A stretch of DNA of 64,000 nt from Candidatus Poribacteria bacterium (GCA_965215015.1 OZ244042.1:2848001-2912000), one strand, 5' to 3'; positions 47,516 through 58,880 are shown, numbered from the stretch's first letter. The notes: generated from the sequence alone by a model not told the origin. A program made the numbers and translations.

Positions 47516-47800
47516 GATGTAATTGATTATACGACAAACAATTGCAAATATCAACTAAAATTTAACGCAATTTACCCCCAATCGTGCTTTTTGTGCGATT
47601 TTTTGTGTGTTTTCAAAAAAACACACAATATCTCGTAGCTTCCCCATCTAAGAAGGCATCTCCGCTAACAAAAATCTATCTTTCTCTGCGAATGATGCGA
47701 AGGAGAATCAAAGGAAAATCTAGGGATTTTGCGTCTTCTTAACAAACACAACATACCGGTGCACTCTATTCAAAAGATTTGAATCGAGCGAAAATTCTGT

Positions 47801-49189
47801 TCAATCTCTGTTCGACACCCCATTGGCGTCATCCAGTTTTTCCAATAATTCACGGCCAACCTGCCAAATGTCGCCAGCCCCAACTGTGATAACAATATCA
47901 TTCGGACGAACGATTTCTACCAGAGTTTCTATAATCTTATTTTTATTAGGAATATAAATTACATGCCGATGTCCGTATGCTTGAATCGCATGTGCTAGTT
48001 TTTCTGCAGTCACTCCTTCGACGGGGGCCTCCCCGGCACCATAGATTGAGGTAACGATGAGCACGTCCGTTTGATAGAACGATCTCGAAAACTCTTCAGC
48101 AAGATGCTTTACCCGCTGATAACGGTGTGGCTGAAAAACAGCAACGATACGGCGATTATAGCTTTCACGGGCCGCACTAAAGGTTGCTTTTAATTTCGAT
48201 GGATTGTGTGCATAATCGTCAACCACAATGATGTCGTTGATCTGACCAATAATTTCAAAACGACGATGGACCCCTCGAAAAGATTCTAAGGCCTCTCGAA
48301 TGGCATCGAATGGCACCCCTAACTCCAAGCCAACGGCGACCGCCGCCAGTGAGTTTAAGATATTGTGGTTGCCCGGCATTTTGAGATGGATTGTTCCCAA
48401 TACTGCTCCGTGTGCATGGATGCGGTAGTGAGAAGTGGGGCCATCAACACTCAACCGTTCTGCCCTCAGGTCTGCACGGGTGTCAATTCCATAAGTCAGA
48501 TAGCGTTTTTCGATTCGAGGAATTAGCTGCTGGATATTTTCCTGATCCAAACATAGTACCGCAGTGCCGTAAAAGGGGACTTTGTTGATAAATTGTAGAA
48601 ACGTCTCCCCAATTTCTTCGACGCTGTTATAATAGTCAAGATGATCGGCATCGACCGATGTCACTACGGCGATTGTTGGGAAGAATTTTTCAATGGAACC
48701 GTAGGCTTCGTCCGCCTCAACAACCATCATCTCTCCTCGCCCGATTCGAGCATGACTGCCCAAACTGACCAGTTTCCCACCGACAACAACGGTTGGATCC
48801 AGTTTGTCCAGTACAGCTGCTGTCATCGCGGTTGTCGTAGTTTTTCCGTGCGTGCCGCTCACTGCGATACTGAACTTCATCCGCATAATCTCCGCGAGCA
48901 TTTCTGCCCCGCGAATAACAGGGATCTTGCGTTCCTTTGCTGAGACCACCTCAGGGTTCTGAAGTGAAACGGCGGGAGACATCACCACAACATCTGCACC
49001 GGCAATCTGTTCTGCCGCGTGACCATAATACACACGTGCCCCTAATGCTGCTAAGCGTTCGGTGGCCTCTGTTTCGCGCAAATCAGATCCGGACACCTGA
49101 AAATTGAGATTCAACAAAATTTCAGCAATCCCGCTGAGTCCTGCACCACCAATGCCGATGATGTGAATGTGCCGAGTTTTTCCAAACAT
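47801..49189 (-). CDS. murC: UDP-N-acetylmuramate--L-alanine ligase
   Basis: IGIGGAGLSG, GTHGKTTT, EADE, DDYAHNP and FQPHRY motifs. Confidence 0.98.
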   Translation of the reverse strand: MFGKTRHIHIIGIGGAGLSGIAEILLNLNFQVSGSDLRETEATERLAALGARVYYGHAAEQIAGADVVVMSPAVSLQNPEVVSAKERKIPVIRGAEMLAEIMRMKFSIAVSGTHGKTTTTAMTAAVLDKLDPTVVVGGKLVSLGSHARIGRGEMMVVEADEAYGSIEKFFPTIAVVTSVDADHLDYYNSVEEIGETFLQFINKVPFYGTAVLCLDQENIQQLIPRIEKRYLTYGIDTRADLRAERLSVDGPTSHYRIHAHGAVLGTIHLKMPGNHNILNSLAAVAVGLELGVPFDAIREALESFRGVHRRFEIIGQINDIIVVDDYAHNPSKLKATFSAARESYNRRIVAVFQPHRYQRVKHLAEEFSRSFYQTDVLIVTSIYGAGEAPVEGVTAEKLAHAIQAYGHRHVIYIPNKNKIIETLVEIVRPNDIVITVGAGDIWQVGRELLEKLDDANGVSNRD

Positions 49190-49208
49190 GGGTGTAAACT
49201 TTCTAAAT

Positions 49209-50315
49209 TTAAGGATTATGTTTCAGAAAAGAAAAGATTGATTGGGCAATTTCTTCGCCGGCGTGCGGATTGCCTAACTGGCGACTTCGATATGCCATCT
49301 GTTGATGCTTTTCTGGATCGTCTATAATTTTGATAATTGCTTCAGCAAGTTTGCTGCCCGTTAATGTGCGTTGATTCAGCACAACCCCTCCACCTGCGTC
49401 TGCAATTGCTTGGGCATTCAATCTCTGATGATCTCCGGCAGCGGTTGGTAAAGGAATAAAAATTGCTGGAATACCACACGCGGTGATTTCGGCAATTGTC
49501 ATACCCCCCGCTCGACATACCATCAAATCAGCAATACTGTAGATTGTTTCAATAGGATCAAAGTACGGTTGCACCCAATGTTGTATTGAGGAGGTTTGAT
49601 ACCGCGCTTTAACTGCTTCATAATCAGTCTGACCTGTCTGATGGACGAACTGAAGCTGTTGATGGAATGACTCTAAAGTATCTAGGGCCTCCCTCACATT
49701 TTGGTTAATTGCTTGTGCGCCTTGGCTGCCGCCCATCACAAATACAGTTTTTCGTTCCGGGTCTAGTCCAAGTGAATCGTAAGTTTCACGGTTTCGTTCA
49801 ATAGATCCGATTGTTCGGCGGATAGGGTTCCCCACCACCACCGTTTTCTCAGTTAGAAAGTGTGTGCCAGCAGTTTCAAGCGCAAGATAAATCGTTTTTG
49901 TCCAACGCGCTAGGATGCGATTTGTCAGTCCAGGTACAGCATTCTGTTCCTGTATGACTGCCGGGATACCGAGTAAAATAGCTGCCAAAAGCACAGGGCC
50001 GCAGACATATCCCCCTGTTCCCACCACAACGCTGGGTTTCAAGTTTTTGAGCAGCCCTAATGATTTTACAAAACCGGAACAGACCTTGTAAATAACAGGT
50101 ATCCATTGCCATGTTAATTTGCGCGGAAAACCGGCAACGGAAATCGGTAGGAAGCGAAAACCGTGCTGCGGGACGAGGGTTGATTCGAGCCGGTCTGCTC
50201 CACCGATGAAAACAACTTCGGTCTTTGCGTCGAGTTGTATCAGTTCTTTAGCAATACCGATTGCCGGATAGATGTGACCGCCTGTACCACCCCCCGAAAT
50301 CACAATTCGCGACAT
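49209..50315 (-). CDS. murG: Undecaprenyl-PP-MurNAc-pentapeptide GlcNAc transferase
   Basis: GGGTGGHIYP, GTGGYV, EQNAVPG, GNPIR and GGSQGA motifs. Confidence 0.98.
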   Translation of the reverse strand: MSRIVISGGGTGGHIYPAIGIAKELIQLDAKTEVVFIGGADRLESTLVPQHGFRFLPISVAGFPRKLTWQWIPVIYKVCSGFVKSLGLLKNLKPSVVVGTGGYVCGPVLLAAILLGIPAVIQEQNAVPGLTNRILARWTKTIYLALETAGTHFLTEKTVVVGNPIRRTIGSIERNRETYDSLGLDPERKTVFVMGGSQGAQAINQNVREALDTLESFHQQLQFVHQTGQTDYEAVKARYQTSSIQHWVQPYFDPIETIYSIADLMVCRAGGMTIAEITACGIPAIFIPLPTAAGDHQRLNAQAIADAGGGVVLNQRTLTGSKLAEAIIKIIDDPEKHQQMAYRSRQLGNPHAGEEIAQSIFSFLKHNP

Positions 50316-50444
50316 CAACTTAGACCTCATTCGTACTATGTGTGCTCCCACAGCCTACTGCGTAAAGCGTAACGGTTTGTCAGATAAGGGGTCCTCTCGC
50401 GACAGTGGGAACCGTTGAACCGGCCGAGACACTTGCCGATAAAC

Positions 50445-51611
50445 TTATCTCGATTGGCTCATGTGGCGTGAGATGTTCAACAAAATTCCAATGCTGAACA
50501 GGCTGACTAAGAGTGATGAACCACCGTAGCTTATGAAAGGCAGCGTAATCCCTTTCGCAGGCAACATACCGGTTACCACACCAATATTGAAAACTGTTTG
50601 TAATCCGATGAGTGTGGTAATTCCGATAGCAATCAAACATCCAAAGGCATCCGTGGTATGTTGGGCAATATGAATGCCCCTCCAGATGAGCAACATAAAC
50701 AGGGCAATAATACCAACTCCACCAACGAAACCGAGTTCTTCACCGAGAATCGCAAAAATGAAATCGGTATGCGGATAAGGGAGATGAAAGAGCTTAAAAA
50801 TGCTATTGCCAATGCCCGCACCGAATAATCCACCAAGAGCAAGGGCATTTAAGGATTGGTTAATCTGATAGTGCCCTTCATACGGAAATTTCAGCGAGCT
50901 CAGAAAACCGTGAATTCGCTGCATTTTATAGGTGTCGCCCTGTATCAAGGAATAAATGAAAAAACAGGCAATTCCGACAACAAGAATAATCTGTGACGGA
51001 CGCGCGCCTCCTACGAATAGCAGCGCGAGGACCAATAGGCTTAATAAAATCGCTGATCCAAAATCAGGTTGTTTGTATAAGAGGATAAATGTGATTGACA
51101 GGATAACAATGGTCGGCAGTACGCCTCGAGTGAAGCTATGAATCTGGTTACGTTTGTTGACGAGAAAGTGAGACACATAAATTATCATCCCAAGTTTTGT
51201 CAGCTCAACGGGTTGAAATTGAAAACCAGCAACCCGAATCCATCTATGAAATCGAATACCATCCGCCGAACGAACATTGAGTCCAATCGGAGAAAATACC
51301 AGCAACAAACCAATCAACGACAGGACCAAAATCAGCTTCGCGTACTTTTGATAATACTGATAAGGGAAGTGTGACGCGGCAAACATGCTAATCAAACCGA
51401 GCATGCAGGCGATTAGTTGCATCTTCAGATAGTGATAACTGTCTTTGCTATACAGTTCATAAGCAAGCATGTTGCTTGAACTGTAGACCATCACAATTCC
51501 GATTGCAACAAGACATAGCGTGATGAACAGTAGGACATGGTCTATCCCTCCTTTAATCGGATAATTTGTCCAGCTAAGTATCGGATTTTGGGATTGCTTC
51601 TGTTGATTCAA
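50445..51611 (-). CDS. ftsW: Peptidoglycan polymerase FtsW (start uncertain)
   Basis: RWI, FQPVELTK, QPDFGS, HTDFIFAILGEELG and LPFISYGGSS motifs. Confidence 0.95.
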   Translation of the reverse strand: MNQQKQSQNPILSWTNYPIKGGIDHVLLFITLCLVAIGIVMVYSSSNMLAYELYSKDSYHYLKMQLIACMLGLISMFAASHFPYQYYQKYAKLILVLSLIGLLLVFSPIGLNVRSADGIRFHRWIRVAGFQFQPVELTKLGMIIYVSHFLVNKRNQIHSFTRGVLPTIVILSITFILLYKQPDFGSAILLSLLVLALLFVGGARPSQIILVVGIACFFIYSLIQGDTYKMQRIHGFLSSLKFPYEGHYQINQSLNALALGGLFGAGIGNSIFKLFHLPYPHTDFIFAILGEELGFVGGVGIIALFMLLIWRGIHIAQHTTDAFGCLIAIGITTLIGLQTVFNIGVVTGMLPAKGITLPFISYGGSSLLVSLFSIGILLNISRHMSQSR

Positions 51612-52974
51612 GGTAGTTAACAGCCTCCCGAAACGCTTGACCCCGTGCCTTATAATCTGTGAACATATCAAAACTTGCATTCGCCGGAGACAAAAGCACG
51701 ACATCGCCCGATGCAGCGTATGAGTACGCGCGTTCGACAGCGTCGCTCATTGTTGCTGCATTCTGTATAATAACGACGTGCGCCGCAAGCGCGTTTCGTA
51801 TTATTCCTGTGTGTGCCCCTAGCAGAATTAACCCTTTGACCTTCGATCGGACGCATTCGATCAGCGGTTGGTAATTATTTCCCTTATCGTATCCACCCAT
51901 AATCAACAAAATCGGATCTGACAATGATTCGAGTGCTGCCTTAACCGCGGCGACATTCGTGGCTTTGGAATCGTTAATAAACCGGATACCATTAATCGTC
52001 TTGACCGGCTCAAAGGCGTGTTCAAGGGGGGGATGCTCGGCAGGGGAGAAATCGCAAATCGCGGAACGCATTATATTTGGCGAAATGCCGAAAATCTGCC
52101 CTACTGCTACAGCAGCGAGAACATTTTGGAGATTATGCCTTCCGGGCAAGGGGCTGTCTCCAACATCACAAATCCAGTGAGATTTGCCCTCCCATTTGGC
52201 AAAAATCTTGCCTTCCTCTACATAGGTGCCCATTTCAACAGTAGCGGCGTCTGTGAAGTAAACACCTTTCGCTTGTGTCCCATCAGCAAAGGTTGTAATG
52301 TTTTCATCCGAAGCATTCAGAACAATCCAATCCGTTGATGTTTGGTTCGCACAGATTTTCATTTTCGCTGCCCGATAGGCCTCCATTGTTCTATGCCGAT
52401 CTAGGTGATCGCGCGACAAATTTAGAACGACACTGACGACGGGGCGAAATCTCGTCGTCGTTTCAAGCTGAAAACTGCTGGCTTCGATGACAACGAGGTC
52501 CTCAGCCGTTAACTGCTGGACTTCGCTCGACAGTGGTACTCCAATATTACCCGCGGCACAAACCCTGCGGAAATTCCCACACTTGAGGAGTTCGGCTGTT
52601 AAAATTGTGGTCGTTGACTTGCCTTTGGTCCCTGTAATCGCAACCATCGGCGCAGCGCAGCGGCTAGCAGCAACTTCCAGTTCACCAGTGATTGGGATAC
52701 CTGCTGAACGCGCTTCTTGCAAAATTGGGAGGTCTAACGGCACGCCCGGCGAAAGGACAATCAGATCCGCCTTCTCAATGCAGCGTTGATTGTGGCCGCC
52801 GAGAATGAAATCAATTTCTCGATCGTTTAGGGCATCAATGTCCGCTTGGAGCTGGTCGCTGGATTTTGGATCTGTCACAAGAACCTTAGCTCCGAGATCA
52901 TCTAGTAATTTGGCAACAGCAATGCCGCTGCGATGGAGTCCGAAGACGGTAATTCGTTTATCAGCAAATGTCAT
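51574..52974 (-). CDS. murD: UDP-MurNAc-L-Ala--D-Glu ligase
   Basis: SPGVP, ITGTKGKSTT, EASSFQL, DHLDRH, NDSKATN and LLSPANASFD motifs. Confidence 0.97.
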   Translation of the reverse strand: MTFADKRITVFGLHRSGIAVAKLLDDLGAKVLVTDPKSSDQLQADIDALNDREIDFILGGHNQRCIEKADLIVLSPGVPLDLPILQEARSAGIPITGELEVAASRCAAPMVAITGTKGKSTTTILTAELLKCGNFRRVCAAGNIGVPLSSEVQQLTAEDLVVIEASSFQLETTTRFRPVVSVVLNLSRDHLDRHRTMEAYRAAKMKICANQTSTDWIVLNASDENITTFADGTQAKGVYFTDAATVEMGTYVEEGKIFAKWEGKSHWICDVGDSPLPGRHNLQNVLAAVAVGQIFGISPNIMRSAICDFSPAEHPPLEHAFEPVKTINGIRFINDSKATNVAAVKAALESLSDPILLIMGGYDKGNNYQPLIECVRSKVKGLILLGAHTGIIRNALAAHVVIIQNAATMSDAVERAYSYAASGDVVLLSPANASFDMFTDYKARGQAFREAVNYLESTEAIPKSDT

Positions 52975-53036
52975 TTATATTGACCCTACACACGGAACAA
53001 CGCTGGCATAATATGGGAGGATACACAGGTATTCTC

Positions 53037-53771
53037 CTACGAGCGGGACACAATTTTTTCTACCCAAGCTGCCACGACTGCATCTACCATTGCATGCCCA
53101 TGTTCGGCGTTGGCGGTCCAGCTATTCTTCTTCTCATCTTGACGACAGTACCAAGGGGCGGTATCGTCCAAGCGATCTTGCTCTACTAATTCGGGACGGG
53201 TTGCCAACAGAAAAGAGGTCTCATTATAGCCGGCGTGGTCACCTCCAGCCGGCGGCGATGTCTCGGGGAGAATCATCGGTTGGACGTCGATCTGACCGGA
53301 CAGGGGTCCCGCTTCATCCTTCAAGGATTCCACACCCCACCAACCGCGCGGATAACCTCGCTCCAAGATGCTCTCGAAGGCAAGTTCTGCTGCTGCTTTT
53401 TTGAAAGCCAACGCAAGCGGTGCCTCCATGCCCTGATGCATGATAATCACGTAGATGGTCTTGAAGCCCATCTCACGGAAATTTCTCAGAATCGCTTTGA
53501 CGTGCCCCCCAAATGCAGCATAATCCGGATCAATGGTGCCCTCGGCGGGCCCACCAAGTGCATACCCGGTGGGACCGTAGTCGAAGGATGGGGCGATGAC
53601 GATTTCTACTTTTTCGGCGATTCGGGCGCAAATTTCTTCAACAATGATTGTGTCGTGTCCAATCGCCATGTGGGGGCCGTGAGTCTCAATGCAGCCTGCT
53701 GGTACGAGCAGGGGATGCCCACGCTCTACAGCTTCCTTTAATTGGTAGGGACGTATATGTTTTAAGTACAT
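53037..53771 (-). CDS. Creatininase-family amidohydrolase
   Basis: PAGCIETHGPHM.IGHD and DHAGYNETS motifs. Confidence 0.9.
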   Translation of the reverse strand: MYLKHIRPYQLKEAVERGHPLLVPAGCIETHGPHMAIGHDTIIVEEICARIAEKVEIVIAPSFDYGPTGYALGGPAEGTIDPDYAAFGGHVKAILRNFREMGFKTIYVIIMHQGMEAPLALAFKKAAAELAFESILERGYPRGWWGVESLKDEAGPLSGQIDVQPMILPETSPPAGGDHAGYNETSFLLATRPELVEQDRLDDTAPWYCRQDEKKNSWTANAEHGHAMVDAVVAAWVEKIVSRS

Positions 53772-54164
53772 GGTATCTCCACTTCTCAAATTCGAGGGTT
53801 TCTACCGGATTTTATTTCAAATTTAATTTTTGGATTCGTGTTAGGACTTACGCGGTTGAACGTTCAAACCCTCGTAGTTCGGTGCCTTATTAAAGACCAG
53901 GTGTGTCCCTCGACAGTGTTTGGTGAATTGAAAAGATCTAGTATGTTGCGCGATGTTCCGGGTATATTTGCACTTTCTTTTTATATGAGTCTTAATTTTT
54001 TAGTAATTAAAGAAATGGTTGGAATACCTAAATAGTAACACGATTCAGCCATTAGATCAACTGACTTTTCTTGATTGAATTCCTAATTGATGTTAAACTT
54101 TAGTGGGAATTGAGAGCGTGTGCGGTGAGATGCCAGCAGAAATTTCATGGAGGATGAATAGATA

Positions 54165-55397
54165 ATGAAAAAACGACCCGATATACACAGCAAAGCCAGC
54201 CCTGATGGATTGGAAATTATCCAACTGACAACGGAGGAGGTGCCCAGTTCACACATCTATATGGAGGCGCAAATTTTTACGCCGGATTCAAAGCGATTTA
54301 TCCTGCACCGCTCCGCGCACCCACACGGTTCAGATCCGCAAGACCCCGAACATCAATACCTGATCTGTGATCTGGAGAACAACTGTGAGCTGATTCCAAT
54401 TACCGAAGAAATCGGTGCGACCGCTCCCGCTGTCTCACCCGATGGGTTGACCCTCTACTATTTTATTGATGAGACCCACCCCGGCGGTGGGAGACTGACG
54501 CTCAAGCGAGTTGGTATGGAGGGCACTGGCAGAGAGACACTATTGACAATTGACGCGCCGCTGCCTGGCACTAATTTTCGTCCGAGCCGCCCCTATCCAC
54601 TATCTACAATAGCCTCTGATGGAAAGCGGTTGGCGATTTCTGCCTTTTTTGGCGATGGCAAAACAACGGACGCACCTTGGGGCTTGATGGTTTTTAACCT
54701 AGAGGAGGCATCCGTCAAACTGATTATTCATGGACAGACATGGTGTAACATGCACCCACAGTACAGCCGATCCCTCAATGTTGAGGAAACACACGATATT
54801 CTAATCCAAGAGAATCATGACAATACCTGCGATCCGGCAGGGAAAGTCACTCAGCTGGTTGGAGGAGATGGAGCAGATATCCATGTCATCCGCGATGATG
54901 GGACCAGACTCAGAGATCTGCCTTGGGGGCGCAATGGGGTTGAATTCTGTCAAGGTCACCAGTGCTGGATTGGGCGGAGTGCACGGGCACTTACCAGCAC
55001 TTCTACGCGGGAACCCAAAAGTTGTCAACTTATTGAGGGACAGGCACTGTCTCATGTGGGACATTTGGGCCTCAACACACCGGGCGGTAGGCGTAACGAC
55101 CTATCGCGAAATTTCCCTAACCCTGACTTCTATCATTTTGCCACAGATCTCGCTGGCCAGCGTCTGATTACGGATGCCGGACCTAGAGATGATGGTGGCG
55201 CAATTTACCTCGCCGAGCTGCCCACTGATGAAATGGGTCCGTTAGAAAATATCACTTTCTTGCTCAACCCACGCTCTTCTTGGCAGAAAGGGAGCCATAT
55301 CCACCCATTTCTCTCGCCAGATGGCAGGACAGGATTTTTCAATTCCGACGAGAGTGGCATATTGCAGGCATACATGGTGAAAGGTTGGGCGGTCTGA
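54165..55397 (+). CDS. Oligogalacturonate lyase-family beta-propeller protein
   Basis: HIYM...FTPDSK, HPQYS, GHQCW and HIHPFLSPDG...FNSD motifs. Confidence 0.75.
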   Translation: MKKRPDIHSKASPDGLEIIQLTTEEVPSSHIYMEAQIFTPDSKRFILHRSAHPHGSDPQDPEHQYLICDLENNCELIPITEEIGATAPAVSPDGLTLYYFIDETHPGGGRLTLKRVGMEGTGRETLLTIDAPLPGTNFRPSRPYPLSTIASDGKRLAISAFFGDGKTTDAPWGLMVFNLEEASVKLIIHGQTWCNMHPQYSRSLNVEETHDILIQENHDNTCDPAGKVTQLVGGDGADIHVIRDDGTRLRDLPWGRNGVEFCQGHQCWIGRSARALTSTSTREPKSCQLIEGQALSHVGHLGLNTPGGRRNDLSRNFPNPDFYHFATDLAGQRLITDAGPRDDGGAIYLAELPTDEMGPLENITFLLNPRSSWQKGSHIHPFLSPDGRTGFFNSDESGILQAYMVKGWAV

Positions 55398-55576
55398 CTC
55401 AGCGAAGGCATCCACTTTCTTGCAAGAATTAATGGATTCTGCTCTCTCACCAGTCATTTCTTGAACAACTTTGGGAAATCTGCTAATATATCGTTGAGCG
55501 AGAATAACTAAAGTATATTTTTCTTCCTTGAATATAGTTTTTATGCGAATTGAAGCCGCCCTATACGAGGAGGGTT

Positions 55577-56827
55577 ATGATGAAAATTACCAACATCGAA
55601 GTGATTCCGATTTATCCCCGCCTAGCAGAACGCTACGAAAATCGCAAGGTTGATTTATACGGCATAGACCACCGCACTGTCTTCAAAGTGGAAACAGATG
55701 CCGGAATAGTCGGCTACGGCGACCAGCGCGTCCGCCCCGGTGGACAGCCGGACCCAGCAATCGCAGCATCACTTATCGGCCGCAACCCATTTGACTTTAT
55801 CAACAACCATCTCCCCTACGGCTCCGCCTTGAATTGCGCCCTCTACGACGTGATGGGAAAATATCTTGGGGTGCCCGTCTATAAGTTAATCGGACAGAAA
55901 GTGCGGGATGCGGTGCCGGTTGCAGCGTGGACTCGTCCCGCATCACCGGAGACATTCAGAGCCGAAATCAGCCGGGCGGCGGACCAAGGTTATACCATCT
56001 TTAAGATGCACACCTGCGATTACCACGACGTAATGGAACAGACACGCCTCGCCGAAGAAGTTGCTCCAGAGGGTTTTAAGATTCATTATGACTTCAACGG
56101 TAACCGGAGCCTAGCGGCGGTCCTGCCCATCATTCAGGAATTGGAGCGCAACCACCCGATTGTCGGTTATATTGAGGACCCGCTTGTGAAGAACGATATA
56201 AACGGTTGGCGTCAATTGCGCGAACAGACCCGTCTGCCGATTATCATGCACGGCACACCGCTCGGAAGCGTCCAAGAAATTATCCACAGTGTTGCCGACA
56301 TCTATATGATTGGGGGTTCGATTGGCGATACTGTTGCCACCGGCTTTGCTTGTGGAAAAGCGAATATCCAGACAATACTTCAGTTTGAGTCCGGCACCCT
56401 TGGCAAGGCGATGGCACTGCATATAGCAGCTGTCCTACCCACCCACACGGCGCACTCCATCAATCTCGACGACCAATATGAGGAGGATTACACTACCGAG
56501 CGGATTCCTGTTATTGAAGGGTCATCACCTGTTCCAGATGGTCCGGGCCTCGGATACGAAGTAGACGAAGACGCACTGGCACGTATCGCAGCGAACAAAC
56601 CGATTGAACCGCCCAAACACGTAGGTGTGCTGCACATGCCGGGCGGGAATACGTTCTACGGTCGCTCCTATGTGTCACCTACCAGAGTGACAGGACGTGA
56701 GGAAGGCACGATTCGGGGGATCAGGTCTGAAATATGGGAAGATGATGGCTCAGCGGAATTCACTCGTATCTTTGAACGGGTGCAGAAGGAAGGAACGTTC
56801 CGTGTAGATTCGCAAGGCAGCTTGTAG
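55577..56827 (+). CDS. Mandelate racemase/muconate lactonizing enzyme family protein
   Basis: VETDAGIVGYG, ALYDVMGK, FKMH, YDFN, IEDP and PDGPGLG motifs. Confidence 0.9.
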   Translation: MMKITNIEVIPIYPRLAERYENRKVDLYGIDHRTVFKVETDAGIVGYGDQRVRPGGQPDPAIAASLIGRNPFDFINNHLPYGSALNCALYDVMGKYLGVPVYKLIGQKVRDAVPVAAWTRPASPETFRAEISRAADQGYTIFKMHTCDYHDVMEQTRLAEEVAPEGFKIHYDFNGNRSLAAVLPIIQELERNHPIVGYIEDPLVKNDINGWRQLREQTRLPIIMHGTPLGSVQEIIHSVADIYMIGGSIGDTVATGFACGKANIQTILQFESGTLGKAMALHIAAVLPTHTAHSINLDDQYEEDYTTERIPVIEGSSPVPDGPGLGYEVDEDALARIAANKPIEPPKHVGVLHMPGGNTFYGRSYVSPTRVTGREEGTIRGIRSEIWEDDGSAEFTRIFERVQKEGTFRVDSQGSL

Positions 56828-56868
56828 GATAGGTCGAGCCTCGAAAATTGAGGGAGGACGGAACACCA

Positions 56869-57450
56869 ATGACTGCATTTAATCAGGTATTACAAGAGGT
56901 CGATGAACAATGCCGAGAACAGCACATCCCGATGCTTGGCTCGGAAAAAGCCGAGTTTCTCGTGAATCTCGTTCAAAAAGCGGGGCCGACCTTGATTGTT
57001 GAATGTGGCACCGCTATCGGCTATTCGGGACTTTGGCTGGTCTCCGCACTCAAATCGGCGGGCAAGGGCAGATTAATCACGGTTGAAATTGATACGGGAC
57101 GCGCCCACGAAGCACAGGCAAACTTTAGACGCGCCAACGTTAAAAATATAGTTGATTCGCGGATTGGAGATGCCGCGGAGGTGCTGAAAACTATCCATGA
57201 GCCGGTTGATTTTCTGCTGCTGGACAATAACTACAGCAATTATTTCCCCTGTTTTCGGGCAATTGAATCGCAGCTGACGGATGGGGCAACTGTTGTTGCA
57301 GATAACGTGGGAATCGGGGCAGCGGGTATGGCGGACTATCTCAACCATGTCCGTTCTCACTATGAGAGTCGAACTCATTGGTTTGAGACAGACCTGCCCT
57401 GGGTCAAGCGTGATGCCATGGAAGCAACTATCTACCGTAAGTCCCGCTAA
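56869..57450 (+). CDS. Class I SAM-dependent O-methyltransferase
   Basis: VECGTAIGYSG, DFLLLD and VVADN motifs. Confidence 0.9.
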   Translation: MTAFNQVLQEVDEQCREQHIPMLGSEKAEFLVNLVQKAGPTLIVECGTAIGYSGLWLVSALKSAGKGRLITVEIDTGRAHEAQANFRRANVKNIVDSRIGDAAEVLKTIHEPVDFLLLDNNYSNYFPCFRAIESQLTDGATVVADNVGIGAAGMADYLNHVRSHYESRTHWFETDLPWVKRDAMEATIYRKSR

Positions 57451-57644
57451 ACCATCGAACAGGTAGCTTAACTGACACGCTTATCAACTAATGGTGCTAG
57501 TTTGCAACTGTTGATACCTAACGTGAAACTTGAAAACTATCTGTTCATGGGTTCATCAATGGACTTCTGAACTAGTGAACTCTTGAACGATGTGGAAACG
57601 AAATCCTCACCAACTTGCACCAAAGATTATCAGGAGGCTGTATT

Positions 57645-58433
57645 ATGGCGAACCTACACGGACCCGTTTTGACCGATGACGAACTCGCAACATTTCACGA
57701 GCAGGGATATGTGCGTTTGGGCAAAGTTGCGCCGGAGGGAGAGATTGAGGCTCTCTGTCAGCGGATCGACGATATTATGCTGGGGAAGATCCGCTACGAC
57801 AATATGCTCATGCAGCTATGTCCGTCAGCCGGTCGCCCGGAATTATCGAAGCAGACAAAAGAGTTTAAGGGATCTACGCTGAAATACCGAAAAATTCAGG
57901 ACCTTGATCAGGATCCACTGTTTCTGCCGTACATACGACACCCGCTGTTTCGGGACATCACACAGAAGATTATTGGAGAAGAAGTTTCCGCTTTTCGGAC
58001 GATGTTTTTCAACAAGCCGGCACAGCAAGGGGTCCTCATCAATTGGCATCAGGACGGTGCCGGTGGCTGGGGGCTAAGCATTCCTCCAAAGGTGACAATC
58101 TGGACCGCCCTAGATCCGACCGGTATCGCCAACGGCTGTCTACAGATTATTCCGGGGTCGCACAAAAGCCTCATTCCCGAAAAAGGCGACCAATTATCTC
58201 CGGAGGAACGGGCGATTCACGCCCCGGACGAAAAGCGAATCTATCTGGAAATGGAGATGGGAGAGGTGGTGCTGCTCCATAATTGGACCTTACATCGCTC
58301 AGAGATTAACACCACAAACCGTCCACGGCGCGGATTCAGCGTGTGTTACATTGATGCAGCAACCTGTCAAGTCTCCACCGGACGGGGGTATCCGAAAGTG
58401 TTTCCGGAGTATGTGCCGGTGGAGGAGGTATAA
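57645..58433 (+). CDS. PhyH-family dioxygenase
   Basis: FHEQGY, FFNKP, WHQD, IIPGSH and TLHRS motifs. Confidence 0.92.
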   Translation: MANLHGPVLTDDELATFHEQGYVRLGKVAPEGEIEALCQRIDDIMLGKIRYDNMLMQLCPSAGRPELSKQTKEFKGSTLKYRKIQDLDQDPLFLPYIRHPLFRDITQKIIGEEVSAFRTMFFNKPAQQGVLINWHQDGAGGWGLSIPPKVTIWTALDPTGIANGCLQIIPGSHKSLIPEKGDQLSPEERAIHAPDEKRIYLEMEMGEVVLLHNWTLHRSEINTTNRPRRGFSVCYIDAATCQVSTGRGYPKVFPEYVPVEEV

Positions 58434-58459
58434 AATAGGCAAATTGACTAGGCCTCGTT

Positions 58460-58880
58460 GTGAATCCGAAAGTGCTCCCCTATATTGATGAGATAGTGGA
58501 TCGTCCTAGACTCAAGTCAACGTGGTTGACATTTAAGTGGAATGGAGGCAGGACGGTTTATCACTCCAACCATACCCCGTCAGTAACGCACAATTTTTAT
58601 CATTTTAACGGCCGTATCCATCACACCCTCCTCGCAGGTGTTTTACGCAATGCGTGACATCAACCCCGGCGAGGGTGGGTTGCAGGTGATTCCGGGGAGC
58701 CACACAGCAAACTACCCATCGCCCCCGATGAGGTATTGAAGGGTATGTACATTGCAATTCCGATGAAGGCGATACGCTTTACCAAAGCCCCTTTGAAGAT
58801 GCCCCGGACGGGAGCTGGTTAAAGGATCTCCCCCGCACTTTGAACGGTTGCCCAGAAACATACCCAAAGCCTGAAGGTAT
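58460..58880 (+). pseudogene. Degraded PhyH-family gene
   Basis: PRLKSTW...YHSNHT...YHFNGRIHH, then after a frameshift YAMRDINPGEGGLQVIPGSHTANYP. Multiple deletions. Confidence 0.7.
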
